A stretch of 62,558 nucleotides of DNA, filler included, from Choristocarpus tenellus KU-1152 (Eukaryota > Protista > Phaeophyceae), in NCBI GenBank assembly GCA_964200185.2. It is 11 parts of 11 records of this genome, joined end to end, with 100 filler letters (N's around TTAATTAATTAA, not from the genome) between each part and the next. Parts side by side here need not be neighbours in the genome. Positions count along the whole stretch, not along the records: positions 1 to 4,619 come from CAXNAD020013768.1; positions 4,720 to 7,249 come from CAXNAD020027022.1; positions 7,350 to 11,843 come from CAXNAD020014302.1; positions 11,944 to 14,586 come from CAXNAD020026014.1; 7 more parts are not named here. One strand, 5' to 3'. This document shows positions 1 to 12,266 of this stretch, piece by piece. A program made the translations under genes and the position numbers. Under the pieces are notes generated by a model. The model did no database searches. It saw nothing but the letters and a program-made list of their open reading frames with translations, and was not told the DNA's origin. Each line of letters opens with the position of its first letter. Within the stretch, counting starts at the first letter, position 1.

Positions 1-1621
1 GGAGGGGGGGGGCGGGGGGAGGGGGGGGGAGAGGGGGACAGGATAAACAATGAGTCAAATAGCAGGTATAACTGAGTAAAAAAAAATGCTCATGAAGAAG
101 TTAACCAACCCAAGAGAGTAGACAACAGTGCATTGCATCCAACTGCACATCACAGGACGTCAAGGGTACAAAGAGGTTGGACAGGTGGAAACATACGTCC
201 AAGTTGAGGTCCACTCCACTTTACTACCCTTCAATATGTTGGCAGGTTGTAACTTGCCCTGGTCAAGAAAAAGCAGTAACAAGAATAGAAATATTTGCAG
301 CTCTAGAATAAACAAAACAAACCAGTCAGTCCCCAACACACCCAAACCAACTGCACACAACCACCACAGTGGCAACCACGTGGTACCCACGACGACAGTG
401 GCAATTTCGATTGTGAGGACAGCTAGCAGCTGCTACAGCTACAGATAAAAAAAAACACAAGAGATCTGCACACTCGAGTAGCATAGCAAAAATAGACCTT
501 TCAAAGCTTCTACCCTACCTTAGACACTCAGGGCTGTAACATACCTCACAGCTGATTCCAAAAAGGTGTTTAAGCACTCTGTCCATGTTGTCAAAAACCA
601 CCGTTGTCAAACTACAGTCACGTTCTAAATTATTCACCCACTTAGCATAAATTTCTGTGTTATCACACTTTTTCCCACCGAAAACACATACGGTCTTCAG
701 AAAGGTGCTCCAAAATACCATTCCACATTATGGAGCTCTCTCACTACTTTACAGTACCATCAATTCGTATAATTTTAATCAGGCTGGAAGAATGTGCACA
801 GTCTAGCCTGCGAGTCACTCCAGTTCCAACACTTTCAAAACAGGGTTAAGTCCAGGGTTGACTACACATCAAAATTCTTCGTGAGTCCGATCTGCAAGCC
901 GAGCTGGTTCAAAATATTTATGACATATTTATGACATATTTATGACATGGCAGGCGCAGGGCTGTTGAACGTTTCTGTAGTCTAGTAAGTGGACCAGTCA
1001 GAGCCTCAAAAATCCCACATGTATGTATTGTATGTGGGACAATAAGACAACACCGAAGACAATTTGCACCATCCACATTCGATTTTGCTGATGGCAGCAG
1101 GCCTTGCAGTAACTCATGTCTTCTCAAGAGTTTTCGCCCATAAAATTATTGCATTCATATCTGAGTGAGTCAGCCCTGTGCTAAATTTTTCTTACTGGGC
1201 CAGTCCAGAGACACTAAAAACTTTCATCCTGTCTGCTGGCCAGCCTGTTACAATTACTTCACAGTCTGGTTCACGAGCCGGTCTCCAACAAAAGACCCCA
1301 GACTATTACGACATCTTCCACACCGTGTCGCATTCAGTCTCATGGCAGCATCCCACTCTGTCTTGGGACCAACTCCACAGTATTCAATTTCTTATGGAAC
1401 CTACTGCTAACAGTGAATTCAAACTGCTGAGACCTCATCAACTAGACCGCAGAGTATATTGCTAGCCCACAAAAATGTTTAAACCATAGTGTGAGTTGCT
1501 GAATAGCATATAGACATAATGTGTGGATATTTGGAATAAAGCAAACACAGAACATTCCGAAAACAAACCCCACAATTAAATTTCTCCCTCCTACTCATCC
1601 TCCCTTCACACTCATCCGTAC

Positions 1622-3870
1622 CTTAAGCTCCTCGATGTGAGCCTTCTTGCGCCTGCGACTGAGCTGTGCAGATTTCCTGTTTGCTGCCCGCTTCTGAACT
1701 TTCTTCTCCTCCTGTTTCGCATGATCCTCTGCCATGTGGTTTACCAAGTTGGCTTGCTCCAGCTGCTGCTGGACTGCTGTGGATGCATAGTGTAATGAAG
1801 GGGGCGCCATGACTGGTATCCTTCCCACACCACCATGCAACCCCTGTATACCAACCTGCTGGGGAAAGGACATGTGGTGGGCCGGGAGCTGACCTGGCAT
1901 CCTCGACAGAGGAGACATGTCAGTCACGGAGGGTGGAGAGGAATACAGCACAGGTGTAGGAGGGTGTGTAGCACATCCCCCTATCATTGGTGAAGCTGGC
2001 GGCAATGGCCCTGAGGATTTGATTCCGCCATCAGCCCTGTATGTTGCTCGTGGTAATGCAGACACTCCTGCCCCCATGGCCTGTGCCTCCATCACAGGGA
2101 AGTGTGCTGCTACTGGCTGTTTGAATTGTGTCGTAGCCACAGTAGCTGAACCACCAAAAGGCCCCACAGAGCCTGCCACTACTCCAACACTCTTATCCCC
2201 CTCCGACTGTTCCATCTGGGGTGCTGCTTTGCTCCCTGAGGATGAGGTCCCTGTCGATTGTATCCACACTGTGCTGCCTGTGGGTGTAGTCACAGGCTTC
2301 TCCGGATTTGGAGTCCCTGTTTGGGATTCAGTCACCACAGGGGTGGCCATAGCAGCCTGCTGGAAGGGTTGGCCCACGATGTGGGGTGCTGGGAAGGCAG
2401 CGTTACCTTGGGCCGCTCCTGCAGGGGCGTAGCCTTGTGGTATCCGAGGTACCCCAGCATGAATGGCCATATCTGACCAATCCCTCATGTAGCCCGCTCG
2501 TTGGGCCATAGCTGCTGCTGCTGCAAGGTGAGAATGAACATGCTGCATTGGATGCTGCATTCGCACCATGGAGGACAGGGAAGGGTGGGGGGGAAGAGGA
2601 AAATTGCATTGAAATACAGAGCCAGTCTCATGCTGCTCACTCCGTTGCACTTCATAGTGCTGCTCACTGCCCAAGTATTTAATGTTACAAGTGGCTTGTG
2701 TCCTTGGCCATAGTTGACTCTACCTTGGGTTAAGGTCAACCTCTAAGCTTCTATGGATACAGCATTACCACGACTAGCACAAGGAATCAAATATTTTAGG
2801 AAGTGAAGGAAGTGATCATAATGTAAGGTGAGTGGGCAAAGGGGTGGGGTAAGATCCTCTCCAGCACTGCAACCTGAGTTGCACGTATTTGTTGTTGTCG
2901 ACGCTACAGACGAGGTCGAGGCATAGTTTACGGGAAATTTCAGCCCCAACCACGTACCCGACCCTTCAACACAATCCTCTTCGACACAAAAGGTAAACAA
3001 ATATCTGGTGTTTTTGATCGTAGTATGCTCATATGTACCGGACTGTGTGGTTATCACCACAACGACCACAAGTCGCATACCCTCTTAGTCTGTACAACCT
3101 TACTGCAATGGTCGATGTGGGACACTCTTTGTAAGATTTTCTGTGCGCTCACTATTTGATGGCCCGCCGAACACCCATGCGGTACTTGAAGCGATATATC
3201 CACCCCATTCAACCCTGCACCATGTCCATAATGACCAGCATCCCGCGATCCATGTACTGCTTGTTGCATCATATGGGGTGCTCCAGATCCACAAGGGCAA
3301 AACAGATGTTCATACCCGGAGGCCCCAAGTGTCGGGGCTCCGTATCCGCCCACCATCATCAGGGGATCAATATGCTGGCTGAACTGTTGGGAGGACAAGG
3401 GAGGAAAGGGCAAAGAGTGTGAGCATTGATGTCTCAACGAGAAGAAGAATGATGGTAATCTACGTGCTAGATTTTTATAGAAAAAAAGTATATACCTGCG
3501 GGTTGTACTCGGGGTGGTGATGCCCCGGATATAGGGTGGGAGTAGGAACTGTTTGTCGCGTTATTCTGTGCTGCGCCAACCCGTGAGGAGCTGGTGGTCC
3601 GCCTGTGTGAGCCAGATTGTGCTGTGCGACATCCTCTGCAAATGGCCGGGTGTGGTGTTGCGGCAATACATGATGTACCTGGGAAGACTGCAGCTGAGGC
3701 AACACAGCCATGGCTTGGTCCCCAGAGCCCATTGCAATGGCCCCATCATCCTTCACGCCACTCAAGGGAGGACCTGGAGCCTGGGGAACAACATGGTCCG
3801 GCATCGTAATTCTTAATCGAGGTTGGGGTGTATGTGCTGCAGCATCCCCAACGATGGACTTCTCCTTCAT
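1622..3870 (-). CDS. bZIP transcription factor, 5' part (exons ~3870-3496, 3383-~3081, 2554-1622); zipper exons not located
   Basis: Basic region KKVQKRAANRKSAQLSRRRKKAHIEELK (N-x7-R) ends at donor AAG|GTACGG (1622). Long Q/P/H/S-rich N-terminus. Phase-0 junctions: CAG|GTATAT (3496) to caacag|TTC (3383), and a polypyrimidine acceptor before 2554. The exon 2 donor is not resolved. Confidence 0.8.
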
Positions 3871-4434
3871 CGAACCCTTCAACTATCTGTCCGATAGATG
3901 CACCTATATCGTTCACACAACAAATAACCAGGAGCTGAAAGCCTTCGGAATTAACCCCCCACCCACACTTGAAAGTGACTAGATTTCCAGCGCAAAACCT
4001 CTTCCCCAACGCCGTCAGCCTCTTAATATTGAGTAACAGCTACACACGTCCGTCGTCTTTTCTCCCTTGTCAGTCCTGTTATTCCAATCCTTTGTAGGGT
4101 GGTATGCGTTAAGGTTGAAAGACTTGAACACCACAACCAAACAGGGTCTTGCGAATTGAACATTACAGACCGGGGGAAGCACCCAGTTATATTTCCAAGT
4201 GATTTTTGAGGTTCCGAATTTTACCAACCCACCACGTCGAGGAGGTTGAAGATCAACCAGTCTGTTCGACCATCTGCAACTACATGTTCAATTTGGTGTC
4301 ATCATTGAGTCATACTGTTGCTGATGTTCTGTTCAGAAAAATAAACTATGAAAGCAAGTCAAATGCAAAAAGGTGGATCTTGATATTGTCGGAATATTCA
4401 AATGAATTTGGATGTGCGTGATCATCTACTTCCA

Positions 4435-4510
4435 AGTATTTTATTATTATGCCCTCTGACGTTTTGCAGATGTGTCAGGGGGAAACCAATGAAAACTATA
4501 TACATATGTG
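4435..4510 (+). repeat. Hairpin repeat family A (TTATGCCCTCTGAC-N-TTTTGCAGATGTGTCAGGGGGAAACCAATGAAAACTATA)
   Basis: Nearly identical to 11768-11843 and to the reverse complement of 16797-16872; internal inverted repeat CCC(T)CTGAC...GTCAGGGG. Confidence 0.85.
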
Positions 4511-4619
4511 TATATAAAATGTCCTAAACATAAGAATACTATGACATTGCGTGGAAACCACTAATCAGTTACTTCACTATCAAATACTGTACTACTGTCG
4601 TCCTTATCTTCCCATCTAC

Positions 4620-4719
4620 NNNNNNNNNNNNNNNNNNNNNNNNNNNNNNNNNNNNNNNNNNNNTTAATTAATTAANNNNNNNNNNNNNNNNNNNNNNNNN
4701 NNNNNNNNNNNNNNNNNNN
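4620..4719. other. Artificial contig linker (44N-TTAATTAATTAA-44N)
   Basis: Six-frame stop spacer, identical at 10 sites. Confidence 0.97.
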
Positions 4720-4737
4720 CAAAAGGTTTCGTAGCAG

Positions 4738-4868
4738 GTAAAATATATCCATTTGTGGGGCTTGTCATGGATTCCCATTCAAAAAGGGGCCCTAATAAAG
4801 TTTTAGGACATTTACAAAAAGAAACATATGGGCACTTTCCGTGCATCATTTCGGTCAAACCCATCCTC
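4738..4868 (-). mobile_element. Repeat family E terminal fragment (ends ...TCGGTCAAACCCATCCTC)
   Basis: Reverse-complement homologue of 6591-6695 (shared ATTCAAAAAGGGGCCC, TTTCGGTCAAACCCATCCTC). Confidence 0.6.
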
Positions 4869-5474
4869 CATGAAATGGTCCATCCGCCATTATCATGATC
4901 CGCTGTTCTATGTTGTGTGTGAACTTGTGTTGTTTTGTGTACACCACTCACTACTGGTACTACTACTACTACTACTACTACTACTTACTACCAGTACTGC
5001 AAGTACTCCTACCACTACCACCACTCAGATACATAAACTAACAGTCGCGTGCACATTATGGCCGTTCCCTGCAACCAACCGCTATGACATAGATTGTGAA
5101 TCTGTGAAAAATATTGAATGAATGAGGTTGTTGTGGTGGCATTCAGCGCACGTTTTGATCCATTTCCTACCTCATTTTTTTGTGCATTACTTCGCATGCC
5201 CATGTTTTACTGTCGTGGACACCCACTCCCCATGTTGTCCTCCTCCTGTGCTTATGGATGCATGGAGTAGGTTTGTTCAAACACTTGTTACTAGTGCTTA
5301 GAACTTTCTTCTTTAATAGTCTTAATGATGGACATTATTTTTATTTTGTTGTCTACCTCCTTGTGCGGTTGAAGACCATCGAAGGTTCCAGACTTGTTCA
5401 AGAGGGCACTGTACTCTGGCATCACGGCAGAGACAACCAATTGATGATATGTGTACTGTTCTGGTTGTCGTTAT

Positions 5475-5827
5475 TGTGCAATATAGGCTGATAGTCTGTA
5501 TGGTTTATAGATATTTAGTGAACACTACTAGATAACAGGAATGTCGGCTAAGTGGAACAAGTGTCATTGACTTGTGTTCGTGTGATTAAGGTAATGAATT
5601 CGAATCTCAGATGATTGACTTCTTATTACTAGATATTAACGGACTGTTGGAGGGGGTCTGACATAGGATGATTTAACGGCAGGACACGTTTTGATGTGTC
5701 AGCTGATATTGTAATAAATAATAAGAGAGAGCATCTCCCACCACCGAGGACAGTGCTCACTCCGCTAATAAATATATCCTTACCACACAAAGCAAAATAC
5801 TCCACTTGAGTAGCTCTCTTTTGCATA
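5475..5827. mobile_element. Solo-LTR-like element, family C (TGTGCAATA...TTTTGCATA), 5-bp TSD GTTAT
   Basis: GTTAT at 5470-5474 and 5828-5832; homologous end to end with 17403-17803. Confidence 0.8.
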
Positions 5828-6590
5828 GTTATCATCCTATAATATTCAGTCCATTTGTAGTTGGGAGGTCAGGACAACTTTCCCACTACAAAAAAAAACT
5901 GTTTCACCACCCCCCCCCCCCCCTCATTTGTGTCATAAAAGGTGTTACTATTACTATTAGTGATTCTTTGCGATCATTAAATTTCTTCTTCCTGTGAGAT
6001 ACCTCAGATCTTTTTGGTAGCTGCACACATGTCATTTGGGATATGGTGGCCTGTGGGTGTAGTATGTAGATTTATGTGAGGAAGTTTTGCTTATTGTTGT
6101 TCATATTGTTGAACTTGCAGCACAGTTGATTGTTGTAGTTATTCTCAACTTGTATCGGCATAGCCGACAGTGAGTGTTTAACCTTGTGTTCCTTCAACAT
6201 TACTACCATTCCGTACTACCACTGACACTACTACCACTACGAGTTTTTCTATCATTCATTGCTAGTTCTCTACCTGAGTCACTCACTTGTTGTAGTTGTT
6301 CTTTATGCTCTCCTTGTTGCAATCGATTCCTACAAAGAAAATTCCGCTATACTCCCAGCTCATGTAAGGGTTGAACCCCGTTGTGGTTTGGATGCCTTCT
6401 TTTTCCACCAATCTTGGTGTTTCTATCCCCTTCCTTCTCTGTCTTCTGCTGGGGTGTGATCACATAGTCTGGAGTAAACTGCCTATGGACATCATACTGT
6501 TGGAATGTATACTGCATGGGTTTGGAGCATCCTGGTCTCTGGGGCTTCGCCAAGCCATCTCCAACCCCTGAACAGTGAATTTTAAGAATT

Positions 6591-6695
6591 GAGGATGGGT
6601 TTGACCGAAAATGGTGCGAAAAGAGTACCGATGTTTTTTTTTGCAAATGTTGCGGTACTTTTTTTGGGCCCCTTTTTGAATTGGATATATTTTTG
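6591..6695 (+). mobile_element. Repeat family E terminal fragment (starts GAGGATGGGTTTGACCGAAA)
   Basis: Inverted homologue of 4738-4868; GAG terminus. The other end was not found. Confidence 0.6.
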
Positions 6696-7249
6696 TTCGA
6701 AAATATTTCGGTGCTTGTGGAGGGCACCGCTACGATTTGGAAGCGACCTTGACCAAGCCAATCGTATAGAGACAAATGGCCCCCCCCGAGGAGAGCCGGT
6801 AACGGTTTTGGTATTCTTATAATATATGTATGGTACACTACATATTGTATTATACAGTAGATACATACTTCTATTAGTTACAAATATTTTTTCAAGTGTT
6901 ACGTGGTTTGTACGCGTAAGGGATTAGTGTAATAGGTCACATCCACTACAAAAAAAAAAAGTTCACAAAGAACGAATAGATGTTTCACTCTAGACATACA
7001 TGAAAAGCTTGTACTTCGTATATATTTTTGGTGTTAATTGCTGTTATTATCATGTAGTTTTGGCACGCTTAGAAAGATGGAAGGTTCATCGCATGCATTC
7101 AAACCCTACAACCTCCAGCCTCTAGCTATCATTGCCAACAGTCACAAAGGAGTTACTATGTTAAGAAGATCTCGTGATCATCTTTCATGTTAGAGGCGGT
7201 ACTTATGTACGTAGCAGCCAATCTTCATACCAGAGGCGGTGTCAACCTA

Positions 7250-7349
7250 NNNNNNNNNNNNNNNNNNNNNNNNNNNNNNNNNNNNNNNNNNNNTTAATTA
7301 ATTAANNNNNNNNNNNNNNNNNNNNNNNNNNNNNNNNNNNNNNNNNNNN
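7250..7349. other. Artificial contig linker
   Basis: 44N-TTAATTAATTAA-44N. Confidence 0.97.
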
Positions 7350-7677
7350 CCATCATCGCATCAACTTCTTCAAGAGTGGTGCAATAATACTCCCCACCAA
7401 GCACACGCTGACATATCTACACACAACCCAAACACCGGAGTACTATCAAACGACTAACTACATCACGACCGTAATAAAAAAAACACTCCGGTTTTCACAC
7501 TGACAACCCAACCCCTATTGGAAAAAAAACAACTACAAATTTTATCTACCTGTAAACACACACAAACACCAACAACAAAATAAGAAGAAAAAAAAAATAT
7601 CCCCAAGCGCAGCAGCAAGCCCAGTCCATCAACCCGTCGAAACAGTGTCATTTCGGGGACACTAACCCCAAAGATCC

Positions 7678-10600
7678 TTATGCCCCCCCCTTCAACATGG
7701 TTGTCTTAGCAAGACGGGCCCTTCTAATATTTACCATACCAGGCCTCTTGTGCGCCGCACAAAACACAGCCCTGCAATCTCCATCATTGCCAAAAGACGG
7801 CTGGCGGGGGCAGTCCTCTTGCTCACAGCTACGGTTCTTGATGTCCCTCATAGAGGGACTCTTGTGGGCAACACAGAAAGTTGCTCGGGTATCTCCGGCA
7901 TGACCATAGACAGGATTGCGTCCACATCCGCCTGGGTGACGACATCGTGGAGCCTTGACATTCACCATGCCTGGGAGCTTGTGAGCAGCACAGTAGTGGG
8001 CTCGGCGGTTGCTGTCCAGGCCAAAGTTGGGGTGGCGATTGCAGCCTAGCAAGAAGGGCAAAGAGTGGGGTGTTCCAGTGAGTGAGGCGTGCGGTGACAT
8101 GGGTGTGTATTATTCGGAGCGAGTGTCACTTTGGATTGGTTTTCGAGGGAGCAAACAAGTAGTATTTCCCTTGTCATACATATCATGAGATGGTGTTTAG
8201 GCTGTGGGGTGGTGGGGGTGGGGATTGGAGTGGGAGCACCGCTGAATGATATGAGATAGTTAGATGCAGAAAAAGGTGTTTGCCATTCCCATCGTAGTCT
8301 CAGTCCTGATTGGGCAAGGAATCCAGGACTTGGTTTGTGCTTTCTGCATCTGAGTTTGCTCTGGAGTGTAAGCTCCCTCTCAATAGTGAAGGGACAAAAA
8401 AAGGTGTATTTTATGAAGTATCATGCTGAGTCTGAAGCACTTCCCATACACATTCAAAAGTGTCCATGACAGTTGGAAGACCGGGAACCTCAACAGGATT
8501 ATTATATCTTCTTAAACATCTCGACCCAACTTTCTCGAGGAATGTCTGCACATCTTTCCAGATTCAACACCCCCGATATAATGTATCAGGTACAGGACAA
8601 TTTCATATCTGTGCGCGTTTACTCAGTCAATGAAGTCAGTTACAAGTGTTTACACAAAACCTTTTCCGGAAGGAAGCAGGATTTCAGACAGGGCAAGCGC
8701 TTCTTCACCCGGGGACTTTTCTCACTCTGCACACACTTGATCCATCATTTCAGGGTATAAGGGCTCTCACCTCCATGCTGGCACCGTCTGCTCCTTATCA
8801 CCCCAGTCTTTCCCTGTGCATTTCGCCTTCCTCCTGATCCTTCATGTTTTGAGAAAGAGCTGTGACTGTTGTCATCTTCCGAGCCTGAGCTTGGGTGCGC
8901 TGCAGGAATGTACCCCAGTTCCGTTGTAGCAGGCCAAGATCGCCTCCGCTTACTGGGGGAGTGGGGGAGCATTGTACTGCCACTAATTGCAGGTGGAGTT
9001 GCAATGGAACAACGCTTCACACCCACAGACACAGTTGGATATACAATGGAGGCCTTTGGATCACCCAGCCAGGTCCTACGTTTTGGAAGTAAGGTTGAGA
9101 TCCCCGCTTTTGGAACCAGCCTCTCCATTGGTTGGCTCTCTGTGACACCAAACCTGAACTGTTGGGAGGGGGTAAGGGATGCTATTCCCCCTGTCCTGCC
9201 TTCACTGGCAATATCAGCTTCTCCGTCAATACTTGCAGCACCTCTACCGATAATAGGCTCAACCTCACCTCCAGTTCCAGAGTTTAGTCCTGTAGTTGGG
9301 ACGCTGGAGGATAGTGGCGGTGGGGGCCAAGGAGACCCTCCCACTACGCCGCCTTTATGTACTCGCTGCGCATCAGCATCCAGGGTAGAAGCAGTGACTT
9401 TCGTGGGTTGGCAGTCCACACCACCAGGGACTGCACCAGCACTTGCACTCTCTGCAACGCGTTGGCACAGGTGAATCTGTCCATCATTGGGAACGTAGAA
9501 ATTGTCCTGCCTAATCCCCATCGCACTTGTCCGGGAGACGTGAGCAGGGCTGGCTTGTCCGCTATTTGTCATACTAGGAACACCGCGATTCCACTCTGCA
9601 CCAGATGACCTTGGAGTATCCTCAAGCTTTATCGAGTAACCCATGGAGCCCCAGCTAAATAGTCGGCCCACTTCACCGAGAAATGGAATTGGCAAAGACG
9701 TACCATGGACAACTTCTTCAAGGGCAGAAACAACAGTGCCATCTTGTCCTGCACAGGCAGACGGACTACCAACATCCTCATTCTTGGAAAGCATGGGGAC
9801 GGGTACAGCTTCGTCGCGTGCCCAGCTCAAGACCTTGTCACACTGTTCCAGCGTTGGAGCAGGGAGGGTTGCAGGGAGTGGAGATCCAGGCCCCTTTAGA
9901 CCATTTACAAATGATCCAAGGAGATCTCGAGCAGAGTTCGAACGCCAATTGAAGAAACTTCGGCCAACTGTGGCCAAACGAGGGGCAGGTTTCAACTCCT
10001 CACAATCGTCTCCGAAATCTTGCTCTTCCATGGCATTTTTCCCACTAACGTCGTTGCGACCATCCACATCCTGATTTTCGTTTATATTCAATGACTCTGT
10101 GCTTTGAATCAAACGGAATGCGTCCACAATGTCGTCAATGTCAGTGGGGCAAATGCTTTCGTTCGCACGGAAGCTTGGCAGCTTTCCAAGCAGAATTTCT
10201 GGAGAATATCTCGTCACGTGGGGTGGCAAACTGTGTAGGAGAGAAAAATGAGGAGGGTACAAGTGACACGATAGTATAGTGTTGAGGACGATCAGGCTGA
10301 AATGGTGAAAGCAAACAAGACTTGTTTCCACCTTCTGAAATATTTTTCTTGTGCACTAATTATAGCAGAATGTGTGGAACCCAACAAAACCTCGAAACCA
10401 CAGCACCTGCGTTACATTTTGGACTTTCTTGCAGGGCTTGTGGGAATCCCCCCACCTGAACTTGCGCACCATCAACATCAAGTAAACACACCAAATGATT
10501 ATCGCATCGCACCTTCCACTCCCAGCAGAAAAATTCCCAACACCTCCCTGAGATTGACGGAGAGAGGGCAATTCCTCCAATGGCATGACCTAAACCATAG

Positions 10601-10773
10601 ATTGCCAAGATTTTTGGGGGGTGGTTCAACAGGTCAGGTACTGTTTGGGGTAATAGAGGAAGTTGAGACAGGGGTGATTCTGGCAAAGAACCTACCAACT
10701 GCCGCATCTCTAAAGACTGATCTCCCTTGGTGAAGCTGACCTCCTCTTCCTTCACAAGAACGCGGCCATCCAT
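7678..10773 (-). CDS. EsV-1-7 cysteine-rich repeat protein with long disordered N-terminus (exons ~10773-~10500?, ~10210-8771, 8045-7678)
   Basis: Joining GGAG|GTGAGA (8771) to gctag|GC (8045), phase 1, gives RRCQHGGCNRHPNFG..YCAAHKLPGMVNVKAPRCRHPGGCGRNPVYG..FCVAHKSPSMRDIKNRSCEQEDCPRQPSFG..FCAAHKRPGMVNI, i.e. three C..C..P.[FY]G..C..HK..M repeats. Stop TAA at 7678-7680. First-exon boundaries are uncertain. Confidence 0.8.
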
Positions 10774-11419
10774 GCGTGTATGTGCGGGTGTTCGACGAAT
10801 AAGGCGGAGTTGGGTAGGTAGTCTTGGCGATTCTTCCCACATTAACCTCCCCTATTGTCTCTCTTTGTCCTTGGTTGATCAACAGGTCATCAAGAGTCAA
10901 AAGAGGCCGTACTTGCTATGTGAAAAGCATCTGATAAATTAATTATTGACCGACCAGCATTGACATCATATATCAAAGACTCGCAAAATAGAGAATAATA
11001 GTACTAATACGTGTAAAATGAAGGAGTAAATTTGATCCTATTCCAATCAGAACCTTCATTGACACATCCTTCGGGTTAATAATAATTAATTCTATCTGTT
11101 GGCTATCTGCAATTGGATGGAGGTGGATGTCTGTGTCCAGACAAAAAATGTAATATTAGAGAAATAACATTAAATTTTGAGGATGGTGAAAGTATGGATT
11201 TTGGAGTGATATCTTTCACATTTACAACAATTGTTGGACGACTCCTTACCATGTTGAATTGGTTTCCCTGAGACATCTGGAACAAGTTAGAGTGTATAAT
11301 AATAATATATATGGTTCAAGTAAACATATAGAGGACTCACCCACCAATCGTATTGTTGCATCTGTACTTATATATATGTATGATCATTAATTTAAGGGAA
11401 GTATGTTTTACATAAACGA

Positions 11420-11843
11420 TAGTATTCATTGCGGTGCCCCCTGACACATCTGCAAAATGTCAGAGGGTATAATAAATAACTAATATTTTATAGGGGTTGC
11501 GATATAGGTTTGGTTCTTCTGGCAGTTCTTTGAAAATGTCAGAGGGAATAAAAATAAATAATTTTGTGACTTTTGAGATAAGTGTTACATATTTAGAGAT
11601 TATTCAGAAATTGAAATAGCGTACTTTTCATTAGTTTTTCCCCTGACACATGTGGAAAATGTCCAACCATATATTATGCCTTTGACAATTTGGAGATTTG
11701 TCAGGGAAAAATTAACAAAAACTATTTACATGTCAGAATAAACCCTAGAAATGTATCACTTGTTACTAGTATTTTATTATTATGCCCTCTGACATTTTGC
11801 TGATGTGTCAGGGGGAAACCAATGAAAACTATATACATATGTG
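11420..11843. repeat. Cluster of five family A hairpin repeats in both orientations
   Basis: Minus-strand copies ~11420-11482, ~11534-11560, ~11620-11663; plus-strand copies ~11672-11725, 11768-11843. Confidence 0.75.
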
Positions 11844-11943
11844 NNNNNNNNNNNNNNNNNNNNNNNNNNNNNNNNNNNNNNNNNNNNTTAATTAATTAAN
11901 NNNNNNNNNNNNNNNNNNNNNNNNNNNNNNNNNNNNNNNNNNN
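11844..11943. other. Artificial contig linker
   Basis: 44N-TTAATTAATTAA-44N. Confidence 0.97.
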
Positions 11944-12266
11944 TTTATTCTTTTCTGATTTTTTTTTATTTGTAGTTGGGGTTGGTAGGTAGTGAAATAG
12001 ACGAGGTTAAAGTTGAGATTACTAAATCCTACCTCAGAGTACTTGACAGTTACAAATACGCCTTCCATGTAATCCATAGTAGTATTTAAAAAACCTCCAG
12101 GTACAAAGCGCATGTTGCAGTCCCAAGAGATGGGATCAAATCAGATCATAGAAGTCACCTAAGAAACGTTATTCCCTCCCTCCTCACAGGCAGGTTCCAC
12201 CAACACAACTACATACATAATCATTAGCAACAACAACAACAACAACAACAACATTACCAGGCTCAC

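Noticed and set aside
7678-8045. Endogenous phaeovirus insertion
   Set aside because: The gene has introns, is flanked by host-type repeats, and no NCLDV core genes are present.
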